From assembly GCA_026025795.1 (NCBI GenBank), contig JAPEUG010000081.1, positions 1-53,311 on the forward strand: a stretch of DNA of 53,311 nt. The letters are read 5' to 3'. Shown here one piece after another: positions 1 through 13,579 of this stretch (position 1 is the stretch's first letter; every line of letters begins with the position of its first letter). This DNA comes from Thelocarpon superellum. Taxonomy: Eukaryota. Made by a program: the position numbers and the translations under genes. Under the pieces are notes generated by a model. That model was given only the letters and a program-made list of their open reading frames with translations. It was not told where the DNA came from and searched no databases.

Positions 1-121
1 GGAGGAGGAGGAGGGGGGGGGGTGGTTGGTGTGCGGTAGGATAGAGGGAAACAATGAGAGTAGGTAGACGCGTGCGAGAGAGGCGGAAGTGGGCATGGAC
101 ATGGAAAGTGAGGACACGAAC

Positions 122-685
122 CGCACATATCCCCCCCCAGGGCCGCCAAGGCAGCCACCAACCTCCCCACCTCCGCCGCCTTATCTGTTCGATAATGCAA
201 CACGGCGCCCGAATGCGGATCGTACGCTTTAAGCACCAGACTTGCCCGTGTGACATTACGTTCTGGTGCGCTGGACGCATTGGCTGTGGCTGGGGTGGTT
301 GTGCTGGTTGTGGCATTGTTCGTGCTGGAGCTGGTGGTGGGAGGGGGCGGCCTGACGGTATACTTCGTCGTAATTCGAGTCTGATCCTCGCGCTCACCCG
401 TCAGCAAGTCGTACCTTCAGTCCTCCAGTCACTTGCTGGCCGTGCTTGCGAGTGTCGCTAGGGTGACACATGGCAACAGCAGGCAACAGCAGGCAATGGT
501 CAGCATGGTAGGTGATGTATCTGGGCAGGAATGGACGTGAACACCTCACACGAAGGGGATGGATGGATTGAAAGTGAGAAAGCTTGGGCCGGGAAAGAGA
601 GGGGACGTCCACTCACGGTGCTGGGATAGGCTTGAATGAGTTTTCGGGCGCTGGAGAGCCAGTCGTTCGCGTTGTCGATGTACAT
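122..685 (-). CDS. SRP9: Signal recognition particle Alu-domain subunit SRP9/Srp21 (3' end not resolved, probably runs off the window start)
   Basis: Exon 685-617 reads MYIDNANDWLSSARKLIQAYPST, followed by a GTGAGT donor. Exon 380-122 reads TRITTKYTV...RASLVLKAYDPHSGAVLHYRTDKAAEVGRLVAAL, matching the fungal SRP9/21 motifs TRITTKY, LVLKxYDP and KAAEVGRL. Confidence 0.88.
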
Positions 686-1014
686 CTTGTCGCTTTCTCC
701 CTCTCTTCCTCCAGCTCGGACGTTTGTAGGGGGGAAGCTATGAAATCCATTGTGGGCAGGTCGGCGCTGGCGAGTTCTACTATGGATCTCCGAGTACGTC
801 AAAAGGGCCATTTCGGCATCTTCAGTCCACCACTCATCGATTCATTCGCCATTCACGCACATTCACCTCATTTCAAATGTATACATGTACAAGCATGGTC
901 GTCATCGTCTCACTCTGCGTATATCTAGCTGCTCTACATGGGATAGCGCAGTGAAAACACAAAGGCGCGAAGGTGGACATCAAAGTCTTGTGCACATCAT
1001 ATGTCCTTCGACGA

Positions 1015-4000
1015 TCAAGGAGTCGACGGTGCCGTGGTCCCGCATTTCTTACAGACCAGTTTCTGCCCCTTGGTTGTACCCAGGCCCAAGACGCCACCCT
1101 TCCCTTTGCTCGCCTTGAAGCTGGTGCTACCACAATTCGTACAGCGCACGTGATCCGCGTCGCTGATGTCGTCGCTGCTCAGCTTGCCCGTACTGCTCGT
1201 CTCGCTGCTCAGCCGGCTGAGGTGGCTCGGTGACCGGCTGATGGGCGCCGTCACGTGCAGATGCGCGCTGTCAGGTGGGGACGCCGTCTTCTGCGTGTTC
1301 CAGCTCTGCAGATTCCAGAACATCATCGAATGCCCGCCCTCCTGGATCATCAACGGATCCGACGGCGAGGCTTGCGGTGGGTTGATCTCGATGCCGGGGG
1401 CGTGTGTCGGACTCGGCGTGTTGGTCTCGCGCGAGTCACGGCGCAGGGACGGCGGCGGGGAGGAGGTCAGGATGGACGGGGGCACAGCATCGCTCCTCAC
1501 GACGGGGGCCTTGGAGGAGGTCGATGCCGCCGACGAGAGGCCAACCGTCTTGCGCGGCGAGACGCTCCGCGTGGAGGTACCCGGCTTTGCGAGGCCGTCC
1601 AGGCTGGTGTTGCTGATGGAGTTGCGCCACGACAGGATCCTGTCAGCTGGCGGATGCATCGATGCCGAGTTACGACGACCGGACTTGCTGCTGTTGCGCG
1701 TGCCATTGCGCGCCAGGATGCCCGAGCTCAGCTTCTTGGAAAAGGTGGACGACGTCTCCCACGAGTCGGTGCGCCGCTTCTGGTACGCGCAATCCTGTCG
1801 AAAGACCTTGATCTTCCCCATGTAGTCGGCCGTCACAATGATGTTGCCTTCCCGGTGCGCTGACCGCGCCAGGTAGGCCGGCGACGGAGAATCATCGCCC
1901 TTGAAGTGGCTGTGGCTGCGTGCGTGTGTCTCCGTCGTGGCCGGCGTTGGCGGCACGCTTGGGTCGGACTCGCGCTTGCCGTTCTCCGTCGGCGCGCGGG
2001 ATGACACAAAGGACTCGGCCCGGTCGGCCAAGGTCACCGGCGGCGGGTTGCACAAGTCATACAGTGGATCCCCAGACCCGCCCAGCAGCTGCCGTGCCTT
2101 GCTCGGCGCCAGGATTGCCGTCGTCACGATCGCCGAGTGGGCGGCAAACGTTTCCACCGGCCGTTTGTCCTTCTTCTCCCCCTCTACCGGACCGGTGCCC
2201 CAGAGGTACACCTTTCGATCTTCGCTCCCGCAGATGACGTACCGCACGTCGTCGCTGAAGCTGGCCCGGATCTGACTGCACGTGTTCTCGTTGCCCTTGA
2301 ACTTCATCTCGAGGCTCTTATCCCGGAAGTTGTACAGCCGTATGCGCGAGTCGTTGCTGGTGATCAACAGCTTGACCTCGCCGTTGGGGTCATCGGGCGG
2401 ATAGAGGACCGTCTGGATGCCCGTCACCTTGCTCCCTTTCGTCTTCCGCCCGTGCGTCGACCGCACGTGGATCTGGGTATGATACTTCAGCCCCGCCGTC
2501 TCGTAGAAGAGACACAGTCCATTCAGACATCCCGCGATCGCGGTCTTGCCGTCCGGCGCGAAGGCGACCGCGGTGATCAGGTCGGGCAGTTGGTTCCAAA
2601 ACGCCACGTTCTTGTCCGGGATGCTCCACAGCCGCAGCTTCGAGTCCAGCGACCCGGCCAAAAAGAACCGGTCGTCGCGCGGATGAAAGGCGATGGACGT
2701 GACGAAGTCCGGGTGGGTGAAGCAGCAGAGGCATTCTTCTCGACTGACGTGCCAGAGCCGCACAGTCTTGTCCATGGAGGACGACAAGAGGAAGTTGTTC
2801 TTGCTCCAGCTGAGGTCGAGCACGTCAGCCGTGTGTCCGTGGTACGCCTGCACCGTCTTGCTCTTGAACACCGGCGCGCTCAGACGGACGCCGTGCTGTC
2901 CGTGGCTGGAAGAGGTGGCATCCTCCTCATGCTCGTGCGCCTCGCGCTCCGCCGGCGTGGAGATGACGGCCCAGATGCGGACGACGCGGTCCTGGCCACC
3001 GGCCGCAATGTAGCGTCCATCCTTGCTGAACTCGAGCGCCCAGACCGCGCCGCTGCTGCCCGGGCTTCGGCTTGCAGTCGCGTCGTCAGAAAGGCTGTGG
3101 GTGCGGACCGACCCCCTGCCGTGCAGCTCCTGCGCCAAGAAGACCCGGTTGAATTCGCGCTCCTTCTTGTTGTGTGCGCGCACCTTGATGTACTCGGGCG
3201 GGGTGGGGTGTCGAGGCGTGTAGCCGTACGACGACTGGATGGGCTGGGAGAAGACGTTGGCGTTGACCCCCTCAGTGCGCGCGTCCCCAAGCTCCGATTC
3301 ATCGTCGCGGTTGAATTCGGGGAGGGTCTTCTTCTTCGTGCCAATGATCCGACTGAAGAAAGATACGCCCTTTTTCTTCTCTTTGGCCCCCACGCCCGCC
3401 TCACTAACCGCGCCGTCAGGCGCGGGGCTTTCGGTGACGGCGTCGAGGCCGCCCGTGGGGGACAGTCCATCCTTGCTGGCCCCTTCCAAGGTGCTCGCTC
3501 GTAGCTTCGGAGGTATGTTGCCTTCCGCATGGGTACGCTGGAGGATGTGCTGCATGCCATGTCTCGGTGAGTCGCGGTCAGGAACGATGATGGGCAAGAG
3601 AACAGACCTGGGAGAGGGGGTCGATGGTGGTCGGTGCCTGCGATTGCGCCGGCGCCTGCAAGGGCGACTGGGAGAGTCGGCGCTCCTGGCTCATGATCGC
3701 TTCCGCTGGGGCGCCATTGCTGGCGGGCGTGCGAGTGGTCATGGGTCGGCCCGGCGATGCAGAAACTACATTCACGGCGCCATCAGTCTATCGAGCACAA
3801 GTAGCATCGCCAAGGCCATGGATAGGCCGCTTCACCTTCTCGTGGTGACGGCAAGGGCGCGGGTGACGCTGAGGGAGCTTTGGTGGAGGGCGTGACCGCG
3901 CTAACATCCTTCTCACTGCTGGTGGCGGACACAGCCAAAGCTGTAGGCGACGACGTCGACAGTCCCGACCCCGACACCGACGCCGGTAACGCCGCATCCT

Positions 4001-4049
4001 TGTCTGGTGCATCCGTCACCTCGATCTGGGGCAGGGGCGACGCAGACAT
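1015..4049 (-). CDS. WD40-repeat protein of WDR44/Dgr2 type with C-terminal CxxC-CxxC zinc ribbon
   Basis: WD repeats (GAVWALEFSKDGRYIAAGGQD, GHTADVLDLSWSKNNFLLSSSMDKTVRLWH, HPDFVTSIAFHPRDDRFFLAGSLDSKLRLW). Start MSASPLPQIEV at 4049. Introns at about 3835-3767 and 3607-3550, the latter joining IDPLSQ|HILQRT. Tail CTNCG...CKKCG. Confidence 0.9.
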
Positions 4050-6790
4050 CTTGGGCCAGGATGCATGTCGCCACGCGGGTCTGCACGCTTTGCATTTCGA
4101 CCCACGATGCGTTCGCCGTCCGTGGTTCAGGAAGAGCAGACGATCCGGATGGTCCGGACGGAATGGGAGGAGTTCCGTCCCGGGGGATTACGGTTCCGAT
4201 CGAGCTCGTATCACTATGGCGGCGGCAGTTGGTAGAGCTTCAGCCTTGACCAGCACGGGTATGGCTGGGCCCGTGCGCGGAAGAGTGTACTAGGAGGACC
4301 CAAACCCAGGCAGCGGGGAGTCCAGACGAGAAACGAGGAACGAGACTGGGCTGAGATCAAAGGTGGAAGGTCTCAAGAGGACTCAGTTGCGTCGTCACTG
4401 CCTGGTAAAGTCGTCGGCTCCTCCCCTCAACGTGCACCACATTCCTCTGGTTCTAATCGCGAGACGACACCTTGGAATGGCCCGTCCCAGGTCACTCGCC
4501 ATGCGCGCAGCCCGACGTCTTCGATCGCAGAAGACATTCCAACCAATTGCGTCTCCGTCTCCGGAAACGCTTGACGAGTCCAGTGCCGTCTGGATTAGCG
4601 GTGCAGCTTACCTGGCTCGGAAAGCTGTATGACGCCCCCTAACCGGCCGAGATCTAGCACCGTGTAGCCCGTAGCAACAATGACTCCGGCGCCGTTTGCT
4701 TGGGGTGGTAGGGCTGTCATCTGTAGCCGGTTGCTCCCACGCCCAGGGACCTCAGGCAGTTGTCGTGAATCAAGAGGCATCCCACGCTTACGTATTTACT
4801 CCCATACAACCACGGAGAGTCTGGTCAAAGACTAAATGGACAGAGAGCCGGCTGTGATAAAATATTTGGATCGCGGCTGGGCGAACGACTCGCCCCATCC
4901 GGCCATGCGGACATTATCCGCAGCGGGCTAACATAGGCTCTATCGGACAGGAAGACGGGTGAGATACCAAACTGCTGCTTTTGCTCCTCGACCCAGATGG
5001 CGGAGAGGCGTTGTCCACCCACTAGAATCCCTGAAGAACACCTTGCAAACCATTCCTGATAGCTGGCGTCATGTTCTGCCCAAGTTGTTTCAACCGGCCA
5101 GAAATCCTCAGCAGGGTTCGGGCGGGTGCTTCTCTTAGAAAGGCAAGAGCAGTTGAAGCCTGGCAAGGTCCGACTTGTTGAGTCTGTTTGCCTGGTTTCG
5201 AGGCCTCGTGAGACATCATCCGGTTCGAACAAGAAGCCCAAGTGCGAAGTCTAAATTTCCCGTGCCACCCATGCCATCTCCATTCCAACCCAAATATAGC
5301 AAGGGTGCGTCGAGAACGATTCTTCGCATCCACCGGGCCAAGGCTGCTCACAGCGCACAGGGGCCTACGATGTCTAAATCCTTGACTCCTCTCATGACCG
5401 GGTCTCCCATACCTAGAGGAACGGCGTGGCACCGTGGATTGCCACTACGAGGGCCTGAATCACTCGGTGGCAACGTTCGAATTGCAATTGTGGGTAACTA
5501 GCGCTGTACCACAGACAGCTGTGTCACACGTTGCTTGTCAGCTACCGCTTCCTTGGATACGGACTGGTGTTCTGAACGTCTTCATGTCCGTTTCACCAAA
5601 CTCGTACCATAGCTACGGATCCGTCGGACGAGAACGCGTCCGCGTCTCCTCGGTCGCGCCAGTCGCGGCCTTGTCCATTAGGTAATCACGTGGCACTAGC
5701 CATGGGATACACTAGAACTACCGGAGATCCCAGATCATCCAGAATACAACGGGTGTTGATGGCGGAGGACGCAACGCAGATCGGATCTCGGAACGACGGT
5801 CATTTCGATAAGTTGAAGGAGTCTGAGTAGCAAGGCCAACCGTTGATGTACGTAGACGATCGTCGCCCAACTCCCCGCCACGACCACAGGTGTGGAGGGG
5901 GCAGATAGCCTCTCGAGAAGGCTGGCTGGTCAGGTAAGCGAAACTCTTCATTGGGGCGGGAGAGCCGAGGGGCTGTCAAACGGCGGGTCTGATTGGACCC
6001 CGTCACCACGCAGCGGCGCTCGTGTCTCCTTCCCGCCCCGTGCACCGCCAACCGAGTGCTTCTTGGGTGGTGCCGGTCACTAAGGACGCACGACGATTGG
6101 TGGGGAGGGAGGTACTCTGACCAAGGCCCAGCCTCGTTTGCACCTAAACCGACTGGGACGCAGTGTACCCGTACCTTCACGCAGCGCATCCGTGCAGTAC
6201 GGGGGTCCTCCGGACGTTAGCACGTTCGAGGTTCAGTCCAGGTGCTTGCACGGAATAATTGGGTGCAGTCACCGGGAGCTGTGCGGCGTAGCGTGGCAGT
6301 CTTTGCAGTGAGGCGAGCCAGCCCATGTACTTTGCGCCTGCAGCAAGTACGGCGGACGCACCCAGCCCGTAGCTTGCACGACCTATCACCAACAGATCCT
6401 CGAGGAGGTTGACGGCGGAGCAGTACCCTTAGGTCAAACTTTGCCCTTCGAGCTCGATCACAATCGTCGCGCTCTCGAGATCCACCGACCGATGCCCGTC
6501 AACCGTTTGCTCATGTCTCCCGCATCGCAGCGACTTCCTTGACAAGACGTTGACGGCGCTGACAGACGTTGGCCGACCTGCGTCGGGTGAAACACGTTGG
6601 GGTCGTCGGTAGACGTTCCACTTTGGCACCGCCGATCGCCCGTGGTCCCATCGTCGCCGGCCCGCCTCCCCATGCAGCTCTCCTCAGGAATCGACCTCGG
6701 TCTTTGATCACCTCCTCGAACGTCCTGACGATCGTGGTCACGGCCGTCAACACCTCACCGGCCGCCTCGGACACCGTCTCGGCATAGGTC

Positions 6791-9700
6791 ATGTCGCTGA
6801 ATGGATTGGAGGACCCTCAGATCACCGATGCATTCCAGGCCGCCCTAGCCGAGCCCGGAGGATGGTGAGTCTGCCTGCCGTGCTCCTGCTCAGCGCCATC
6901 ACCGCCGGAGCAAGCGGCGCGTGTCGTGCTGAGAGCGCTTTGGCTAATCGATCGGGGGTAGGTTCGTGCTCAAATACGCCACCCGGGATGGCGTCGAGCT
7001 GCTGGCCCGTGGCAGCGGCGGCGTCGCTGATCTCCGCGAGGCCGTCTCCAGCTACCCCGAACAATCGCCTCTGTACGGATTCTTGAAATTCCGGCGACGG
7101 AGCGTGCTTCTGAAATACGTACCCAATGGCACTTCACGTCTGCTACAAGGTACAGAACGCATCCGCTCCGGTCCGTTCCTCGGAACCGTTACTTATGCTT
7201 CTGACAGCCCGGGTCGCCGTCCACTTTCAATCCATCGCCGAGAATTTCTCGCCCCACGATGCCGTCTTCAACATCGCCTCCGCTAACGATCTCAAGGATA
7301 CGGCCCTCTCAGCGGCTTGCTCCTTGCATGCCGCCTCTCACTCCACCTCCTCATCCAACAGCTCCTTACCCCGTCCACGCCTGGGCGAGATCGCCGAAGA
7401 CGCCGAAGAGACCCGGACGGTCCAGGGAGAGATCGAGAAACCGCTACCGCCGTTGCCTGACGGTCCCGCCCCAACCTTCCCTCACCGAGAGGCGTCTGTC
7501 CGGAGCAAGGCCGAGATGAGGTCGAGTGAGGACACCGAGCGTGCTATCCGCGATGCCGTTCTCTCCGCCACCTCCCCCGCGACCGAGCTCGACCGTGCCT
7601 TTGCCAGCTCTGCGACCCCGATCGCCCCATTCCTAGACCACCGCCCATCCACCTCGAGCAACGCACCGCCGCCACCGTCCAACGAGATCGAAGACCGGCG
7701 CATGTCGTCCAGCTCCATGCGACCTTCCACGCGTGAGCTCGCCAATGCCTATCCTTACGGGCTGAAACCGAAGGTGAAGTTGGGACCACGACCGTCGCTT
7801 GATCATGGCGGACGACCCGACTCAAGTCTACATGGCGTCCGACCCGTCTCGGCCCTGCCAGCTGGCCTTCGCGTGGCGCCGCGCAAGCTATCCGGCCCCA
7901 AGACCAAACCCCATCATCCGGCCGCAGCGATGCCAACGATCGATTCCGCCTTGCTTCCACCCCTCCTACGCCGAGACATCCCGCTGTCGCCGACATTGGA
8001 GATTCCTCGTCCAACAACCAGCTCCAGCGTGGCCGGCGGCCCGGCTCCTTCCGTTCATTCCGTCGTCTTCAGACCTGCCCCTATGTCTCCCAGCAAGCAG
8101 AAGTTGATGAAGGCGCTCCAACTACGGAAGAAGCAGATGGAGGCATCAACCAAGACGGCCCCTCAGGAATCCGACGAGAAGGGAGTCGGCGAGCCCCAAG
8201 GGTCCGAAGCTCAGGACGGGGGCCTCGTGTCACCCGTCTCTCAGGTTACTGCGGACCTTCCATCGTCCCCCGAGGAGACGACCGGGCACGGAGCTCCACC
8301 AACCAAACTTGCGGCCCCCGCGACCGAACCTCTCTCCCTGGCGCCGTCAACCGAACACGGACCCTCGGAAGAAATTGCTATGGACAAGACCGGCTCGTCA
8401 CCCGTGTCTCTTGCGGAATCCCACGACCCGGTGTCGACCAAGGCCTCATCGGTTTCCGAAAACACCGATCACCACCAGTCCATGTCGACGGAGCGGGCGC
8501 AGAATGATGTGGGTGAGATGGAGAGCTCGACCAGTCCTCAACAGGAGGTACCTCCCGTCTCAAGCCAAGTTGAGGAGATGGCGGATCACCCGGATGGAGA
8601 GAACGAGCCGAAACTTGACAGCTCAGGGCCCGGTGAGGTGCCTACGGCTCAGACGGGGGCAGGGAAAACGACGGCTGAAGAGCTACCGGTGGACGAGTCG
8701 GCGACAGAGAAGACGCCTGCTGACCATACGCCTATCAATGATATGCCTGCTGAAAAGGCACTTGTGGGAAAGACACCGACCAAGGCGTCATTTGAAGAGA
8801 CACCAATTGAAGCGACCCCGGTTGAAGAGACGCCGATCAAAGAGACGCCGGTTGTTGAGACGTCGGTTGACGACGCGGCGGTTATAGACGTGCATGACGA
8901 CGAGATCAAGCATGCTGTCCCTCATCAAGACGAGGAAGATGACCATTCGTCAATCGTGGACGAATCCGCCGCCTATCTCAACGGAAATGCTGAAATCGAG
9001 GAGAGTCTTGATGAGGAAGTCCCACCGGCTCATGTCGAGCGATCGGCCGAACACGGGACGGCGGCAGCCGCCGACCACTTTGGAGATGGAACCTTTCTCG
9101 ATACCGGAAACACCACCGACGCGGACGCCGACAGCAGGACGTCCAAGGATGGTATGGATGAGAGTGACTTTCTTGGCCCTGCCACCCCCTCTACTTCTGC
9201 CGTGCCTGCCACTCCTGCCACTCCCACTACCCCCATCGCCTCCATCGTGAATGGCCGTAAGGATGGCCAAGTGACACCTGCCCCACGCGTCGAAGATGTT
9301 GCGCGTACCAGCTTGCACCTCTCACGTGCATCTGATTCCACGGGTGGCAGTGGTTCGAAGCGAGCCAGCGTGGAAGAGAGTACGTCTCCGCAGAAGAAGC
9401 GACGAGGTCTGGTGGATCCGATCCGTACCGATATCGATCCCGACACCTCTGATGATAATCTACTCTCCGACAAATCGCTGATGAACGAGCTACGGGCCGC
9501 GACGGTGGAAGAGGCTCGACCCGTCTCCGTGCGCAAGTCTCCGATGAATTCAGCCTTTCCTCGCCGGCCAAATGAGGCATGGATGGCTAATTGGGCGGCG
9601 TCAAACCCATCCGTTCCGATGGCGACCTCGATCACCAACGGGTCGTCAGCGGTTGAGGTTCGCGCGGACGGCCGAGAGCGATCGACGTCGGGCTCTTTGC

Positions 9701-11045
9701 TCGCCGTTAATGGGCACAAGCAAGGGCCAATCGCAATGATCAAGAAGATCAACGTGTCATCGGGCATCTCACAGCGCATCAAGGCTCTCGAGATGCTCTC
9801 GAGCCAAGCCAACGGTGGCCCCGTCACGCCGCCGCCGGACGCCACTCCCAGTCCGCAGTCTTCCCCTGCCTTCTCCAGCTTGCGGAACTCGACCCGGCGA
9901 TCGCCTTCCCTTCGCCAAGGCACCACGCCGACACAGCCAAAGAAAGGAATCAGCTTCAACCCCTTCTCATCCAAACGTACCGCGCCGGTTGAGCCACCGT
10001 GCCGTGAAGAACCTACGTCGAAACCGGCCGACCATGATGATATGCCCAATGGGAATGCATCCGAGGTCCCGACCGAGTCTATCTCGGTCAAGGCGCGGAT
10101 CCTCAAGGACGTCAATCAGCCTTACGCGGCCGACGCTGAGGCCATTCTGGATCCGAACGACCCCACACCCCTCGACCTCCAAGCCAGCCCGCTCGTGATC
10201 GAACACCACAGGGCGGTTGCCGCGCCGCAACGGTCGCGCGTCCACTCATCGAAGAATGAGCGACCGTTGTCGACGATATCTTCAAGCATGGCGCAGCGAT
10301 CCGCGCCGACGTCGCCGACCAGCACGCGCCGGGCATCGAATGCAAGCAAGCATTCGAGCTCGAGCGTGGGTCGGGCTGAAAAATCGCCACCACCAGGGTC
10401 GCGAATCTCTTCGTCAAGCGGAGGTGCCAGCGCCGAGGATAAGAAGGAACAGAGGAAGGAATCGACCAAGAGCCGCATCTTCCGCCGCATGTCGTCCATC
10501 TCCGGTGGATCTCGCAAGAGTGTCGTCCACGCCGTTAGTCCGACGGTGCGCGAAGAAGAGATGGCCGACCCGGTGGCGGGCTCGGCGCAGCGACGACGGA
10601 CTAGTATCGAGGTGGGAGAGGTGAATGTTCAATTTCCGGACAGCCTGGTGCGTTCAAGATGTGGAGCTGACTCAAACGCGCTTGCGTGCTAACGCTGATA
10701 TTCTCAGCTCTGGAAACGGCGATGCTTGAAAATCGACTCCCATGGATATCTCACCATGACGCAGTCCAAGGCCGATGAGCTCGCCAGAGCCAGCGCCAAA
10801 CGCTATCATCTGGGGGAATTCAACCCTCCATATGCACCGGATCAGGATGGACAAGAGCTCCCTCACAGCGTGATCCTGGATCTCCGCGATGGCGGGACGT
10901 TGCAATGCGCGTGTGAACACCCGGCGGGACAAGCTCACGTGCTGAAAAGTATGTGAAATGACTTGAATCTACATTTACTCTCTGCGCGCACGCTGACACG
11001 TCTTGTGCAGAGCTGGCTGAGGCCCACGGCGCGTGGGTGAGTTAG
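6791..11045 (+). CDS. Large protein with N-terminal ADF-H (cofilin-like) domain, long low-complexity middle and C-terminal PH-like domain
   Basis: Exons 6791-6864, 6962-7149, 7208-10647, 10708-10948, 11011-11045 with GT-AG introns. N-terminus MSLNGLEDPQITDAFQAALAEPGGWFVLKYATRDGVELLARGSGG...PLYGFLKFRRRSVLLKYVP. C-terminus VNVQFPDSL|LWKRRCLKIDSHGYL. Confidence 0.82.
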
Positions 11046-11252
11046 ATCTTCAACGGAAACAAGGTTTCCCTAGCAATTCACTCACGACTTTCATGACGAC
11101 GCTTCACTTACTTCTGACGAGATTCACGGCCGGTTGAGCTGACAGCACTGTACCTTTCCATACACCGGACAGGCGTGCAGATGTTGGTGCGGATGTCGGT
11201 ATGGGGCTGGGCGAAACGTATGGCTTGCTTAGCGGGGCCGCACGCGTCTTCG

Positions 11253-11281
11253 TTCCACTTTCCACTTTCCACTTTTCACTT
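11253..11281. repeat. Short (TTCCACT)n-like microsatellite
   Basis: ttccactttccactttccacttttcact is visible directly. Confidence 0.6.
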
Positions 11282-12082
11282 CTCGTATTTATTCATGCCT
11301 GTATGGTCCCCCTTGTGCTTGGACATGAATGACCTTGATCTTGACCTTTGAGCGCGTGACTCCCTCTTGTGTTGTCGGTGAATTTTCCTGACGGACGATC
11401 CCAAGAGACGGAGATGGAGGAGAGAGATGGGAGAGGAGGGAGGAGGGTTGAGGCCTAGGGGCGCCGGGGAGGGAGGGGGACGAGGAGAAGGCGGATGAGT
11501 AAAAGGAAACACCGGCTCCAAGTAAGGAGTAAAGAGTAAAGAGCAAAGATCAAAAGAGGGATGCAAGTCACTCTAGGACTAGGACTTGACTTCCTTCATA
11601 CTTCAATTTCACCTCCGCTTTACCTCCCTTCCATTCGTGTCTGTTGTATCTGATGATGTTTGTGCCTATCAGTAACTCGTCTTTATTCACGTGGGCGGCC
11701 CCCCGTACATCATCCATTTCCACCATCAAGTAGTAAGAAGAGCCTCCGTAAGATGAGAACGAAGAGTAGTGGGTGGTGAGATTCAACGACATGGCTATTG
11801 ATAATGCTCGATTGCATGATTGCTTGCTTGCTTCTCCATCTCTCTCCCGTTCTCGTCCGCTTTCCTTCCCACGCTTCTGCTCCAGTGTACCGAAGCATCA
11901 TCATCATCATTCATCCCTGCCGTGTCGAGTCAAATCATGTCATGTCGCGTCATTTCGTTATCGTCATCTCCACATTCCACATCCCTGATCCCAGATCGTC
12001 GCTCACGTCCCAAATCCCAAGTCCCAAATCCAAGATCCCAGGTCAGAAGCCTTATATTGCTCCTCCTCTCCGTACGTCTCCA

Positions 12083-13579
12083 TCACCGTAAGCGGGACAT
12101 GAGCGAGGAGGCAGCCACCTTCTGCTTTGCTTTATTTTTCCGCTGGGCCGCGAGTTGGGATTTCAGTGCGCCGAGCCACTTGGCTAGTGCGTCTTCGGTC
12201 GGGGCGCAGAAGCGGTGGCTGTGGCTGTGGCCGTTCCTATGACCGTGACTGTGCCCATTGGGACCTTGTGGGGCTTCGTCGTCGATCTCTGATTCGTCTT
12301 CTTCGCTGTTGGCGATGATTTGCATACAGTGCGCCTTGCTCTTCGAGATCGGGTCGATTTCGACCGCGTCGATGATGGTGCTCATAGGTATGAGGAGCTG
12401 CGCTGCGTATTCCTGGACGGGGCGCTATGTGAGTACGGTGCTAAAGGACGGAAGGCGAGTGGAACGTACGTCTTCGTTCTTGTAAAAGGCCAGATGTTTC
12501 GGGCGAAGCACCGCCCAGAGTAACTTCCACTGCCGCACCCCTCGTTTCGATTTGAGGCAGTACAGGTAGCCGTGCCAGATGACGCGCTCGTCGTCCTGGG
12601 CCAGATTGATGCCGCTGGTCTGGCTCGCGTTGCGCGCTATCTCGGGTCGGTCAGGCCGGGCTACGGCCGCGGATTGCATGTGTGTAGTGTCGGTCGGGAG
12701 GGAGTTCTGGATGGACCAGGACGAGCTGAGCACCCCGGAGGCGTCGGCACCGTCGGAGAAGTCGGAGTAGGAGGTATGCTCGGTACCGGAGTAGTCCACG
12801 GTGTGGGAGACTTTTCGCGGCAAAGACGGAATGCGGACCCCGTCACGCGTCGTCGCCGGCTGGACTGGATGGTCGCCGGGTTCGGGCGAGCTGGACGTCA
12901 GACGCTCATCGCGCGGGATGACGGGGTGGTGGAGCGGGCTCTCTGGCCGTTCGAAGCCATGGTAGGTGCCCCTGCGTCCGCCGGGCGACGCCATGTACAT
13001 CTCCTCCTCCTCTTCCTCGATCCGAGCCTCTTGCCGGATGAGCTCGACCCATTCACGCGCATCCTTCTCGGACGGGGCTTCGAGGTGGAAGTTGCGTGAT
13101 GGCGAGAACAGTCCGAAGACGTGCTCGCGTTTCGGGTCTTTGAGATAGGCGACCGCGGTGAGGTCGGACGGGTTGATCTGCTTGCGCAGTTTGTCCTCCT
13201 TTTCGTTCTTGTAGATGGAGAGGAGATTGGGCCGGAGGACGAGATAGACGCTTCGCCATGCCTGTCGCGTGGTCAGCGTCAGTGGCCATCTCGGTCATAC
13301 TCGCATGCCGCCATCTCTTACTTTGGTCTTGCGTGTGCGTTTCTGTACAAAGCCACATTTCAGCACGCGGTCAAAGGCAAAGCTGCCGTTCTGGTTGACG
13401 GGCGAGAAGGTATCGAGGTTGAGGTGGCCATTGCGCCGGTAGGCTGCCGTTGACGCATTGGAGAGCGAGAGGTTGACCTGCCGGGCGGACGGGGTTAGGA
13501 GGGTGGAGCGGAGGGGGATGTCCATGGATGGCGAGGCACTGGGGAATGCATGTGAGGCGGCCGACATGACTTGAGTCAT
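12083..13579 (-). CDS. Tandem PH-domain protein (Opy1-like)
   Basis: Exons 13579-13322, 13261-12470, 12412-12083. Motifs LDTFSPVNQNGSFAFDRVLKCGFVQKRTRKTK|AWRSVYLVLRPNLLSIYK, second PH VIWHGYLYCLKSKRGVRQWKLLWAVLRP and RFCAPTEDALAKWLGALKS. Confidence 0.88.

Noticed and set aside
2137..3504. Long antisense/overlapping ORFs (also 9030-10115, 25622-26563, 31286-32655)
   Set aside because: These are shadow frames of real genes in GC-rich sequence and show no independent protein motifs.
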